The translations under genes were made by a program, and so were the position numbers. From the human T2T-CHM13v2.0 reference genome, Homo sapiens, in the NCBI RefSeq assembly GCF_009914755.1, contig NC_060936.1: a stretch of DNA of 64,000 nucleotides. The stretch is one strand, 5' to 3'. Of the stretch, positions 46,546 to 61,380 are shown piece by piece (the stretch's first letter is position 1; each line of letters starts with the position of its first letter). The notes under the pieces are model-generated. The model worked only from the letters and a program-made list of their open reading frames with translations. It was not told where the DNA came from and made no database searches.

Positions 46546-46996
46546 TGGCCAATTGATAACTCTTCAATGATTTTTTGGTGTTCAAGTAAAAAAAAGAGAG
46601 TCACAGATCTCACTTTAACTCAAAAGCTAGAAATTATTAAGCTTAGTGAGGAAGACATGTTGAAAGCCAAGATAGGCCAAAAGTTAGGCCTCTTGTGCAA
46701 AATGGTTAGCTAAGCTGCAAATGCAAAGGAAAAGTTCTTGAAGGAAATTAAAAGTGAGATTCCAGTGAACACACACAAATGACAAGAAAGCAAACAGTCC
46801 TATTGTGGAAATGGAGAAAAAACTGAGTGGCCTGGATAGAAGATCAAACCAACCACCACATTCCTTTAAACCAAAGCCTAATCCGGAGAAATGCCCTAAC
46901 TCTCTTTAATTCTAGAAGCCCAAGAATGGTGAGCCATCAGCAGAAGGAAAGTTGGTAGCTAGCTGAGGTTGGTTCATGAGGTTTAAAGAAAGAAGC

Positions 46997-47452
46997 TGAT
47001 GTAGGATTTCTTCTCCTTAGCTCAGCTAGGTCTGGGTTCTTGTCTCATGACCAGGAAAAATTAGGCGCATGGACACCAGAGGGTGAGTGGAATATAATTT
47101 ATTAAGCAAAAGGAAGCTCTCAAGCAAAGAGAGGGTCTTGAAAGTAGGTTTCTGGTTGCCCCCCTTCATAGTTGAATGCTAGGGTTTAAGGCACAAATTC
47201 CTAGTGGCTCCACCCCATCCTTCCAGTGTGCATGTGGGCCCTTAGACTGAGCTGCTCCACGCTGATTTATTTCCTTTACTCTGTATGTGTGAAGAAACAA
47301 AATGTTTCAATATGGGCATTTTTAGGCAAGGCTCCTGTGCAAGTTCCCTTACCTGTACAAAATATCTGCTATAAGCACTTGTCTGGTGGGTCAGAGGTTC
47401 TCAGGGACCTTTCCCTTACTGTAGGCCTAAAGCAAGCTAACTAACTCCTTTA
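46997..47452. mobile_element. ERV1 (MER4-group) solo LTR inside Tigger1
   Basis: ~455-bp element with 4-bp TSD AAGC interrupting Tigger1 sequence. Confidence 0.7.
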
Positions 47453-48048
47453 AAGCCATCTCTATAACATAAAAGTACAAAGTGAAGCAGCAGATGCTGA
47501 TGTAGAAGATACAGCAGGTTATCCAGAATATCTAGGTAAGGTTATTGATAAAGATGGCTATACTAAATAAAAGATATTAAATGTAAAGGAAGTAGCCTAA
47601 TATTGGAAAAAGATGCAATCTAGGACTTTTAGAGCTGAGGATGAGAAATCAATGATAGCTTCAAAGCTTTAAAAATAAAGCTGAATCTCTTGTTAGTGAC
47701 TAATGTAGCTGTGACTTAAGTTGAAACCAATGACCCTTTGCCATTCCAAAAATCCTAGGCCCCTTAAGAATTATGTTATGTTATTTTTTTGTTTGTGCTC
47801 TATAAATGAATGGAACAAGAAAGCATGGATATGAGCATATGTATATGTTTAGCATGGTTAACTGAATGTTTTAAATTCATCATTGAGACATACTGCTCAG
47901 AAAAATATTCCTTTCAAAATATTACTGCTCATTGACAAAGCATATAATCACTCAAGAGCTCTGATGGAACTGTACCAGAAGATCTATGTTATTTTTATGC
48001 CTGCTAACACAACATCTATTTGGTAGCCCATGGCTCAAGAAATAATCT

Positions 48049-48358
<310 letters not shown>

Positions 48359-49057
48359 TTAAGAAATATGTTTGTAAGGCTATAGCTGCCATAAATAGTG
48401 ATTCCTCTAATGGATCTAGACAAAGTAAACATAAAGTCTTCTGGAAAGGATGCATCAGCCTAGATGGCATTAAGAAGATCTGTGATTCATGAAATGAGGT
48501 AGAAATATCAATGTTAACAGGAGGTTGGAAGAAGCTGAATCCAACCTCCTGGAATGACTGTGGTGGTTGCAATTCTTCAGTGGATTAAGGAACTACAGAT
48601 GCAATAAGAATAGCAAGAGAACTACAATAAAAATTGGAGCCTGAAGCTGTTTGCTAAATTGCTGAGATCACATAAGAACGTGTTAATGGATGAGCAATTG
48701 CTACTTAAAGATGAGCAAAGAAAAGTGGGTTGTTGAGATAGAAGCTACTGCTGATGAAGATGCTGTGAAAACTGTTGAAATGACAAGACATAGTTAAGAA
48801 TGTTACATAAGCTTGATTGATAAAGTAGCAGCAAGATTGAAGAAAATCAACTCCCATTTGGAAAGCAGTCCTACTGTGAGTAAAAGACTACCAAACACCA
48901 TTGCATGCTACAGAGAAATAAAAAAAGAGACAATCAATACAGCAAACTTCATTGTTGTCTCATTTTAAGAAATTGCCACAGCTACCCAAAGGTTCAGCAA
49001 CCACCACTCTGTTCAGTCAGCAGCCATCAACATCAAAATAAAACTATCTGCTACCAA

Positions 49058-49187
49058 ATATATATATTTATAAATATATTTATATACATATTTATATATA
49101 TTTATATACATATATATTTATATATCTATTTATATACATTTATATATATCTATATACATTTACATATGTATATATATTTATATATAT
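49058..49187. repeat. Degenerate (TA)n/TATT repeat
   Basis: Seen directly. Confidence 0.9.
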
Positions 49188-51953
49188 GATTTGCTGGAGG
49201 CTCTGATGATTCTTAGCATTTTTAGCAATGAAGTATTTTTTTAACTAATGAATATACATTATGTTTTAGACATTATGTTATCGCAAACTTAATAGACAGT
49301 AGTATAAACATTTATATACATTGGGAAACCAAAAAGTTTGTGTGGCTACTTTTTTGAAATATTCGATTTATTGTGGTGGTCTGGAACTCAACTCACAATA
49401 TCTGTGTGGTATGCTTCTACTAGCAAAACTAGTCGAAATACTTAAATGTCATTGAAAAATTGGTGGAGGTGAGTGTGAAGTGTTGGAGAGTTAAAAATTC
49501 CATAGTGCTGCAACTTAGGTAAGTACTCATATTCTCATGAGTTTTATCTCCAGAGGCTCTACCAAGTTTTCAAAGTGAAGAACACACAGAAAACAATAAA
49601 GTTGGTTTTCAGGCTAAGGGAGGGGAAAAAAAACTGTTTTGAAATACACCAGGAGAAAAGCAACTATTTTGAAATATGCCCAAATATTGTGTTTGTCATA
49701 ACAGAGTTCTGCCCTCCAAGAAAACGACTTTTCTAGAGCCTTAGTATACATACAGGAAGGACAATTAGACAATGCTACTCCTCTAGCCTTCTGTTTTCTC
49801 ATAAGGGAAGAAAATAAGAAGGCTAAGAATTCTTTTTTTGGAAGCTTACTGCCCAGGGACTCTAACATACCAAAAAAGGGAGATTAAATCATAAGATTGT
49901 AGAACATGTCTCCTTCCCAATTTACTACCACATAAATTGGGCATCAATAAAGTAACACTGGGTTACAACTGAGAGAGCTGCAAGACACAGACTGTATTTA
50001 AGGAGTTTCTAGGGAAACTTAGAGAAAACAGAGAAGACAAAACAAGGATGCTAGAGGAATTTTAAGCCTATGACATATATAGCAATAGTAAACATTAAAA
50101 ACAGCCTAATTTCTAGATAAATACACATAAAATCTCACCCCAAATGCCTAATTCAGTTCATATTATCTGATACATGTCTGACTTTAATTTTAAAAAATGC
50201 AAAACTTGCTCAAAGTCAAGAAAAAGTACAGTATGAAGAAACAAATTAAACTCAGATATGGTAGAAATTTTGGAATTATCAGAGAAACTAAACTATAATT
50301 GATATATTAAAAGCACTAGTAGAAAAAGAAGTAGTCAACATTCAGGACCAGATGGGTAATTAGAGCAAAGAGATGGAAACAAAAAGTAAGAATCAAATAG
50401 AAGCACTAGAAATAAAAAACTTGGTAACAAAATGAAAAATGCTTTTCATGGGCTTATAAATTTACTGAATACAGTAAAGCAAAGAATCAGTGCCATAGAA
50501 AATATGTCAATAGAAACTTCAAAAACTGAAATGCAAAGGAAAAAAGAAAAACTAAGATCATTTAAGAACTGTGTGCCAATTGCAAAATGTGTAATATATG
50601 TATAATGGGAATAACAGAAGGAGAAAGAGCAAAGAGAGAGAAGAAATATTGTCTGAGAATTTTCACAATTAATGTAGGAAACCAAACCATACATTCAGGA
50701 AGCTCAGGTGATACAATACAGAATAAATTTTTAAAAACTTCATATGCATATCATATCCAAACTGCAAAAAAAGGACAAAAACACAATTTTGAAGGAAGCA
50801 AGAGGGAAATAAAAAACCTACCTACAGAAGAACAAGGAAAATAATTACATAAGACTTCTCTTCCGAAATCATACAAACAAGAAGATAGAGTGAAATATTT
50901 AAAGTGTTGGGGAAAAAAATCCCTCCTACCTAGAAATCTCCAGTCAATAAAATTATCCTTCATAGATGAAAATAAAATAGAGATTTTCCAAACCAAAACT
51001 AGGGAAAATTGTTGCCAAGAGACCTTCCTTGAAGAAACACTAAAAGAAGTTCTTCTGAGAGAATAAAAATGATATTAGACAGAAATTGAATCTACACAAA
51101 GAAATAATAAAAGAAAATATCTTTCTATTTTTAATTGATCTAATAGATAGCAGTTTGAAGTAATATGAACACTGTATTCAGTAATGAAAATTTACAGATA
51201 AGTGAAATTAAATACAGCAATGTCATAAGGGATGGGAGGATTAATAATATTCTGTTGTGAGGTAATTTTATTAGTTATAAATATGTATTGCAAATCTTAT
51301 GCACAAACTAAATTTTAAAAAGTATTTATAAAATTGATATGCTAAAAGAGAAGAGGAAATGGAATCATATAAAATGCCCAATTAAAACCACAAAGGGCAA
51401 AATAACAGGAAAGATTTAAGAAAAAACAAAGAACTAGGTCAACAAGTAGAAAACAATATCAAACATAGTAGATATTAATCTAACTGTATCAATAGTCACT
51501 TTAAGTAAGAATGGTATAAATATACCAATTAAAAGACATAGACTGAGAGAATAAATAAAAAACAAGACCCAACCATATGTTGTCTGTAAGAAACTCACTT
51601 TAATATAAAAACAAGGATAGATTAAGTGTGAAAGAATGGAGAAAGGTAGATAACGTTAACAGTAACCCAAAGAAAGCCAGAATAGCTACGCTAATTTCAG
51701 AAAAAGTAGACATAAAAATAAGAAACTTATCAGAAACAAAGCAGGACATTATGTAATGATAAAGAGATTTATTCTCCAAGAAGACATAACAATTATTAAA
51801 GTGTATGTACCTAGCAAGAGAGCATCAAAATATGTGAACCCAAAGCTGATTGATAGAACTGCAAAGAGAAATAGACAAATTATTATAGTTGGAAAATAAA
51901 ACACACCTCTGTCAATAATGGACAGGATCAGCAGGAAAAACTCAGTAAGGATA

Positions 51954-52293
51954 CAGAATCATGCGCTGATAATGATGTTTCGGTCAATGATGATCTGCAT
52001 ATACTATGGTTGCCCTAAATGCTATAATAAAATATTTTTATTGTACCTTTTCAATGTTTAGATGTGTTTAGGTACATATGTACAATTGTGTTACAATTGC
52101 CTAGAGTATTCAGCATACAAACAAGCTGTACAAGTTTGTAGCCTAGGCACAAAAGGCTATATTATATACCCTAGGTATGTACTTGGCTTTATACCATTTA
52201 GGTTTGTACACTCTATGATGTTTGCAGTACAATGAAATCACCTAATGATGCATTTCTCAGAACGTATCCTCATTGTTAAGTTACACATGACTA
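51954..52293. mobile_element. Tigger3a-like non-autonomous DNA transposon
   Basis: TA-cagaatcatgcg...gatgtttcggtcaatga...cacatgacta-TA. Confidence 0.8.
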
Positions 52294-52872
52294 TAGTTGA
52301 ACTGAGCAGCAGGACCAATCAACTGCATATCATTGACATTTACAAAATCATTCAACAGTAGTAGAACACACATTCTTCTCAATACCACAAGGAATATTCA
52401 TCAAGATAGGCCGCATTCTGGGCCATAAAGTCACTTTTACAAAATTAAAAGAATAAAAGTCATACAAACTATGGTCCTAGACTACAGTGCAAATAAACTA
52501 GAAATCAATAACAGAGTGATAGCTGGAAAAACCTCAAATACATAGAGATTAAATAACATACTTTGAAATAACACATGGGTCAAAGAAGTCCCCAAATAAA
52601 TTTTAAAATATTTTGAGCTAAAAGAAAATTAAAATATAACTTATCAAAATTTGTGGAATGCAGCAAAAGCAGTGCTTAAAGGAAAATGTAATCATTAAAT
52701 ACATGTACTAAGGAAAAAAAAAGGAGATCTAAAATCAATTATCTAAGCTTCCATTTTACCATACAAGAGATAGAGCAGTATTACACTCAAGAAAGGAGAA
52801 AGGAATTAGAAATAATATGACAAAAATCTATGAAAGGGAAATCAGAAAATCAATAGAAACATGTAATAAAAT

Positions 52873-54970
52873 CATATAATTTGAAATCAGAAAGTGTGAT
52901 GTCTCCAGCTTTGTTCTTCCTTCTCCAATAGCCAAAGCTATTTGGAGTCTTGTTGTTTCATATAAATTTCAGGATTTTTTTTTCCTTTTTCTGTGGAAAA
53001 CATCATTAGAATTTTGTTAGTTATTATGTTGAATCTTTAGATCACTTTGGGATATATATATATATAATATTGATAATATATTACATATATGTATATATAA
53101 TATACAATATCCCATGCTCATGAATTGGAAGAATTAATATATACTTTGTACTGACTGGATCTTGTAGGAAAAGCTTTCAGTTTTTCATCATTGATTATGA
53201 TGTTGTCTGTGAGCTTTTTATAAATGGCCTTTACTCTCCTGAGGTAATTTTCTTCTATATCTATTTTGTTGAGAGTTTTTATCACTAGTGAATGTTAAAT
53301 TTGTTCAGGATTTTTCTGCATCTATTAAGAAGAAAATATGTTTTTCAATTTTTCATTTTGTTAATGTGGTATATCACCTTTACTGATTTACATGTGTTGA
53401 ACCAACTTTATATCTCACTTATAAATCCCACTTGACCAGGGTGTATATTCTTTTTTTATGTGTGTTGAATTCAGTATTCTAGTATTTTATTGAGTAATTT
53501 TGCATCATTGTTTACCAGAGGCATTATTCTGTAGTTGCTTTTCTGGTGATGTATTTTTCCAGCTTTAGAAACAGAGTGGTGCTGGTCACATCAAATGGGT
53601 TTGGAAACGCTCTCCCTTCTTTTCTGTTTTGGAAGAATTGAGTAATGATTGGTATTAATTCCTTTTTAATGTTTGGTAAAACTCACCAGATAAAGCTAAC
53701 TGATCTTAGGCTTTAATTTTTGGGAACTTTTTGATTACTAATACAATACCCTTATTTGTTATTTATAGGTTATATAGTTCTAAGAATTTATTCATTTCTT
53801 CTGGGTTATCCAATTTGTTAGTGTATAGTTGTTCATAAAAGTTTCTTATGATTTTTTTTATATCTGAGGCATTGTCATAATGTCTTCTTATTTATTTCTT
53901 ATTTTGTTATTTGAGTCCTCTATTTTCTTAGTCTAGTTTAGGATTTGTCAATTCTGGTTTTTTTTTTTCAAAAAAAATTCAACTCAGTTTTGTTGATTTT
54001 TTTCATTGTTTCTCTATACTCTATTTGATTTATTTCTGTCCTAATATTTATTATTTTCTTCTGTCTGGTACCTCTGGGCTTAGTTTGTTCTTTTTCTAAC
54101 TTCTTGAAGTGTAAATTCAGTTTGAGATTTTTTAATTTGAACGAAGGTATTTATTGCCATAAAATTTCCTCTTAATGTTGCTACTAATACGTCATTTAAA
54201 TATTGATATGTTGTATCTTAGTTTTTATTTTTCTCTAAATATTTTTAAAATTTCCTCTTGATTTCCTCTTTGACCCAGTGTTTATTTAGGAAAGTATTAT
54301 TCAGTTTCCATGTACTGGTGAATTGTTCCATTTTCTAGCTGTTATTGATTTGTCATTTCATTCATTAAGATTTGAAAAGATACTTGAAATAATTGTAATC
54401 TTTTAAAATTATTTGTTAAGATTTGTTTCATGATCCAACATGTGATCTACCCTAGAGAATGTTATGTGCACATTTGAGAAGAAATCTATTCTTCTACTCA
54501 TGGTTGAGAATTTCTAAATATTTCTGTTAGGGTCATTTTATCTACCGCGTTGCTAAAACCCAGTTTCCACACTAATTTTCTATATAGATGTTCTATACAC
54601 TTTCTGTGTCTATTTTAGAGTGTTTATGTCTTTCTATTTGTTATATCTTCCTCATGAACTGACATTTTTGTTATTATATAATGACTTCATTTCTAAATGT
54701 AGATTTTTTTTAACTCAAAGTCTATTTTGTTTGATATAAGTTTACCCAACTCTGCTTTCTTTTGGGTACCATTTAAATAAAATATCTTTCTCCGTATCTT
54801 TACTTTCAGTTTATATGTGCTTAAATTTTAAGTACTTCGTTTGTAGGCAGCAAATTACTAGTTCTTATTGGTTTTTGTTTGTTTTTTGCTTTATTTTGTT
54901 TTGTTTATTTCTCTGTGTGTATTTACTCCATCAGCCACTCTAAGTTTTTTGATTGGTGAATAATCCATTT
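52873..54970 (-). mobile_element. Old L1M ORF2 fragment, antisense
   Basis: ctccagctttgttcttc; tttttctgcatctatt; EN-region remnants. Confidence 0.75.
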
Positions 54971-56359
54971 ACAAAGCTAGGTTTTTGAAGAGATCAAGAA
55001 AATTAACCTCTAGTCTAGCTAAGCAAGAAAACAAGAGACAAAAACATATTCTTAATATAGTAAAATAAAGTGAGGCTATCAGTACTGATTCTATGAGCAT
55101 TAAAAGTGTGATAAGAGACTATTATGAAAAAATGTATTCTTAAAAATTGGATAACTTACATAAAATGGACCGATGTCTTAAAAGCCGTACTCCACTGAAA
55201 ATCATACTAGGAGAAATGATCATATACATAGGCTTGTTTCTAAAATAAATTGGCCAATATGAAAATGCAAAACTATAAAAAAATTGAAATGATCAGTTGT
55301 TGGCAGGTGTTTGAGGAAGTGGGAAGTAGAGGAAAGGATAAATAGGTGAAGCACAGGGAATTTTACAGAGGTGAAACTATTCTCTATGATACTGTAGTGA
55401 TGGATGCAGGACATTATGCATTTGCAAAACCCACAGAACTGAATAACACAAAAAGTCAACCCTAATGTAAGCAATAGACTTGTTATTGGCAATGTACCAA
55501 TGTTAGCTCACACATGTGAAAAATGTACCACACTAATTTGAGATGTTAGTAATGGGGGAAACTTTAAACAGGGAAGATGTATATCAGAACTATTTGTATC
55601 ATCTGCTCAACTTTTCTGTAACTCTAAAAATACTCTGAAAATTGTTCTATTAATATTTTTTAAATGTATTATAATATGCCTCCTGTCTATAAAAAGTTTG
55701 TAATTTGTTTAAGAAAATACCTCAAGGACTATGCTAACATAAGCCTGTGGAGACAGAAGAAATGTATGCACAATAATAGAGATTCACTTATAGAAATTGA
55801 GTACTTTAACCTGCTTGATCAAGTAATTTTTTCTGCAAAAATGCAATACAATTAAAACATTTAAGATGCAAATTTGATTTATGAAAATCTTCCCAATGAG
55901 AGGCAAGAGAAAGAAACCCTGTCAAATAGCCATTACTGTGAGAAGCTGGCTACTCCCATTTTCTCCCTAACTCCCTTCAAATAGTTGATGAAGTGGGAGT
56001 TATTTAATCTTCTATTTAGTAAAATAGATGATTAAAAATTTTCTGTTGAAAAGTAAAGGGAAATAAAATCCATATTAACATTTTGGCACTAATGAAAGCT
56101 CTAAATTTTAATTCACTATTAAAAGCTTAAAAATTAAAAATACTTTTCTCTCATTTTTATTGAATTAAATATTGTTTCAATGATAAAGCAAAGGGATTTT
56201 AACATGTACATTCATGAGATGTCATTGATATTTTCTCAATGTCATAATAGTCACATAATATGATTATTATGACATTTTATTTTGATTAGATAAAAACATC
56301 AATCAACTTTTTAATGAGTTGTTTCTCAATTGCTTAAATAATCTGGTTATCCTTTACAG

Positions 56360-56717
56360 CAGGGGTCCCCAACCCTTGAGCCACACACCAGTATCAGTCT
56401 GTGGCCTGTTAGCAACCAGGTCGCACAGCAGGAGGTGAGTGGTGGGTGAGTGAGCATTACCACCTGAGCTCTGCCTCCTGTCAGATCAACTTGGCCTCAG
56501 AATCTCATAGGAGCAAGTACCCTATTGTGAACTCTGCATGTGAGGGATGTAGGTGGTGCTCTCTGAGAATCTAACTAATGCCTAATAATCTGAGATGGAA
56601 CAGTTTCATCCTGAAACCATCATCCCCAGCAGCCTCCACCACCACTGCCCCACATATGGAAAAACTGTCTTCCACGAAATTGATCCCTGGTGCCAAAAAG
56701 GTTGGGGACCACCGCCG
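56360..56717. mobile_element. MER1B hAT-Charlie element
   Basis: Terminal repeats caggggtccccaacc...ggttggggacc; 8-bp TSD ctt(t/a)acag. Confidence 0.88.
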
Positions 56718-57529
56718 CTTAACAGACTATATAGTAAATATTAAATATGACAACACATTCATGATAAAGTGGTTATTAGGCACAGTCCTCAATATCACAT
56801 GTATTTGCAAGATGTGAGAATGAATTAAAGAAACAGTTTTATATTCTGAATATGACTGTGTATTTAGTTGCTTCCTAGTGAGAATTCCAACAGAAGATAT
56901 AATTCAACCTAGAAAAGATTGAGTCAATGAATGCCAAAGAAACAAATTAAACTTCTGCCAGACATTGATGGGTTGTGAATTTGTTTTAATTTCAAAGAAA
57001 TGCTGGTGTCATTGTGAACAGCTCAATAAAGATGTCAACTTAATATTTAACAATAGCTAAACAAGATGTTTATTTGAATTTTGAAAGGCAGAAAGTATAT
57101 GACACATAAGAACATACAATTATATAAAGAGAATAGCCAATGGTAATGTTTTAGTGATTGTGTTTATTATTACATATTTTCTTCATCAGAATTTCATCAA
57201 TTTTACATTCATTAGATGTACACTGAAAACTTACTTATAAAACTAGAAAAACTAGTCAGAAATAGTTCATACAAGAGATAGTTTTTGAGCCTTAATACTG
57301 TAGCAGCAGATGACAGTCAATTGTATTAAAAAACATTTAAGGAAAAAAGAGCAGCACCAGCAAAATCTTAGGTATTTAAAAGACTGTCATATTTGGAAGA
57401 TAACAAGTTGCTTCATAGAGTTTCATAGAGTTTCTCTTTGTGTTACCCCAAAATAGACACAGTCAAATCACAGACTTCTCAAATTCCATGAAAGTGTTTT
57501 AAATTACATAAATACACAAATAAAAATAA

Positions 57530-57722
57530 TGTATTTTAAGAGCTCATTGGACTGTAGGTATTGTGCTAAGCACATGGCATACCCCTAAGATAACTATATG
57601 AAGTAGATATTGTCTCTTTATTTAATGAGAAAACTAAGAAATAAAAATCGTAATTTTCACAAAACCAAAAAGAGTTGATAATTATTAGCATGGCAGGAAT
57701 TAAATCCAGTGTTTAACTCTAA
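57530..57722. mobile_element. MIR fragment
   Basis: ttgtgctaagcac...aatgagaaaactaag. Confidence 0.55.
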
Positions 57723-57899
57723 AGGATTATATATAATGTGCCTAGAAGTTGAAAAGATGCCAACAAGGCCACTTGTTTCATGCACGTAGCAAGATCTCAT
57801 TGTGCATTATCTATGAACAAAGCTCTGCTTTACTAGCATTAAGGAAAATATCTATGACTCAGTAGTAGATTCTTTCCCCAGGAAGCATATTTGCTCTTC

Positions 57900-58670
57900 A
57901 CTTTGTATATTTGTTTGTATTTTAATTTTTCATTCCCTTATATTTCTGGAGTAACGTCATATTCTCTAACTTCTTGAGACTTGTCATTAATATACATTTT
58001 TTTCTAATTTTTACATTTTACGTTATATATTCCCTTTTAAGCCCTATTTTAGCCATATCCCACAAGGTTTTTTTTTAATCATTCAGTTCAAAATAACTAT
58101 CATTATTACTTGTATTTTTTAATCAATGGCTTATATGGCAAAGTATCTCATAATTGCCAATGACATATGGGCTTTTTTAAGTTTTTTTTTTAAACTTATT
58201 TCTAGTTGCATTTTACTGTGGTCAGAAATGATACAATGCATAATATATGGTTTTGAAATTCATTGATATTTGACTTATGTATGAAGATAAGTTCTTTTAA
58301 AATAGTTTATACTAATAAACTCTATAGTTTGGCTGCTAATATTCTAAATATGAAAATTATCTCAGGTTTGCTAATTTTTTTTTTCAAATCTTCCATACGC
58401 TTACTGATTTTTTGTTTGCTGGATCAATCAATTACTGATAAAGTTATGTTGAACTTTCTCACTATAATTCTAGATGTTTTTATCAGTCAATTAAAAGTAA
58501 ATTATTAGGAAATATCCCTGCTCAATTCTAGTAAAGCCTTTTAATATAAACTTTATTTTCTTTCACTTTGACACAATGTATTGGTGTTTGCATAATACGT
58601 ATTATTTCTTTTGTTACTTTCAGCCTTCTGAATCCTTATGTTTTACACGTATGAAGTCTGTTTTAAAGAA
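57900..58670 (-). mobile_element. L1ME fragment
   Basis: Degenerate EN-region motifs (ctgtggtcagaa). Confidence 0.5.
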
Positions 58671-58674
58671 CATG

Positions 58675-61380
58675 GTAGGCTATCTAACAGAAACTCACTT
58701 TATCTATAATAACACACATAGACTTACAGTGTAGGGATGAAGAAAGAAATTCCACACAATGTAAACAAAAAAGAGCAAGAATAGCTCTACTGATATCAGA
58801 TAAAACAGATTTCAACTCAAAAACTTAAGAAAAACAAATTAAGTTATTATGATAAAGAGGTCAGTTCAGCAAAAGAATACACCAATTACAAATATATATT
58901 CACTCAACACTGGAACACCCAAATATATGTAGCACATTTTAATGAGTCTAAAGAGAGAGATAAACTACAATACTGTCATAGTAAGCAACTTCAATGTCCC
59001 ACTTTCAGCAATGGACAGATCATTTAGGTAGCAAATCCATCAAGAAACATCAGAGTTAAACTACATTCTGGATCAAACAGACCTAACTGACATTTACAGA
59101 ACATTTCACCCAACTGCTGCAAAATGCACATTATTTTCATCAGCACATAGAACATTCTCCTGGATAGACTATATGTTAGGTCATAAAACAAGCCTCAAAA
59201 AACCCAAAATTTGATTTCTATCAAGATTCAACCATGAATAAATAGAAAACCTGAACAGAACAATATTGAGTTAAAAGATCATAGCAGTTATTAAATGGTC
59301 TCCGATTAAAAAAAAAAAAGTTGAGAACCTGATGGCTTTATTGCTGAATTCTGCCAAACATTTAAAGAACTAGTACCATTTCTACTCAAACTATTTCAAA
59401 AAATTGAAGAGGAGAAAATGCCTCCAACTCACTCTATGAGACCAGTATTATTCTGACAGCCAAATCATACAAAAGAACAACAACAACAACAAAAGAAAGA
59501 TACATGCCAAAAGAAGAGATCACTCACCATGACCAAGTGATACTCATTCCAGGAATGCAGGGATGCAAGGATGGTTCAAAATACACACATTAATAACCAT
59601 GATACATTACATTAATGGAATCGAGGACAAAACCATAGAATTATTTTCAGTAATAATTTAAAAGTCATTGATAAAATTAAACATCCCTTCATGATAAAAA
59701 CTATCAACAAAATGGTTTTATAAGGAATATACTTTTTAAAAAATAAAGGTCATATATATCACAAACCCACAGCCAATGTAATATGGAACATGGAAATATT
59801 GAAAGCCTCCCCTCTAGGATTGGGAATAAGATAAGGATTTTACCACTTTTACCATTTTTATTCAACATAAACCTGAAAGTGCTAGCCAGAGAAATTAAGC
59901 AAAAGACAGAAATAAAGACCATCTAAATTGTAAAATAAGAAGTCAAACTGCCCTTGCTTATAGAAAATATGATCTTATACAGAAAACTTAAAGTTTTCTG
60001 TATAAACCAAAAAATAGTAGAACTGATAAATAAATTTAGTCAACATAAAAAAACTAATAGCATTTCTATATGCCAACAGCAAACAATCTTAAATGTAAAT
60101 CAAGGCAGCAATCCCATTTACAATAGCTACAAAAAATAAAATACCTATAAATATATCCGAGGAGGTGAAAGATCGCTACAATGAAAATTATAAAAATACT
60201 GATAAAAACAACTGAAGAGGAATGAAAAAGGAAAGATAACCCATGTTTATGAATTGGAATAATTAATACTGTAAAATGTCATAATGTCCAAAGCAATTTA
60301 CATGTGCACTGCAATTCCTGTCAAAATACTAATAGCATTCTTCACAGAAATATAAAAAAAATCCTCAAATTTGTATGTTATCACAGAAGATCTTGAATAC
60401 CAAAGCAATCCTGAGCAAAAAGAACAGAATTGGAGGCATTACACTATCTGACTTCAAAATACAGAACAAAGCCATAGTAGCCATACTATAATAGCATGGT
60501 TCTGGAATAAAAACAGATACACAGATCAATGGAACAGAATAGGGAACACAAAAATAACTCCACATATTGAGAGCCAACTCATTTTTAACAAAGGTACCAA
60601 GAGCACACACTGGGGAAAGTACAGTTTTTTTTATAAACGGTGCTGGGAAAACTAGATATTAATATGTAGAACAATAAAACTAGACTCCTGTCTCTTATCA
60701 TATACAAAAATCAGCTCAAAGTTGATTAAAGACATTTAAAACCTGAAACTATGAAACCACTAAAAGAATCCATTAGAGAAGTGTTTCAGGTCATTGGCCT
60801 GGGCAAAATTTTTTTTGGCCAGGTAACTGGTCAAGTAAAAGCGCAAGTAACTGAAGCAAGAATAGACAAAGAGAATTATATTAAACTAAAAAGCTTCTGG
60901 ACCATAGAGGAAATAATCAACAAAGTGAAGAGACACTCTACACAATGGGAGGAATTGTTTGCAAACTATCCATTTGGTAAGAGATTAGAAACCAGAATAT
61001 AAAAGGAACTCAAGCAACTCAACAGCAAAAAACAAATAACGTGATTTTTTTTAAATGACAAATCATCAGAATAGGCATTATCTAACAAAGACATACAAAT
61101 GACCAACAGGTATATTAAAAATGCTAATTATTAATCATCAGGATAATGCAAATCAAAACCACGATGAGATTGCACCTCACCCCAATCAGAATGATAAGTA
61201 TCAAAAAGACAAAAAGTAACAAATGCTGGCAAGGATGCAGAGAAAGGGAAATTCTTATAAACATTATGGAAAACAATATGGAGGTTCCTGAAAAAACTAA
61301 AAATGGAGCTACCATATGATCCAGTAATCTCATTACTGGGTATATAACCAGTAGAAAGGAAATCTGTATGTCGAAGGGAC
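58675..61380 (+). mobile_element. Old L1 (L1MA/PB-type) ORF2 with internal deletions
   Basis: EN, RT and C-terminal remnants (ORF 60751-61002 …IKLKSFWT). Confidence 0.8.
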
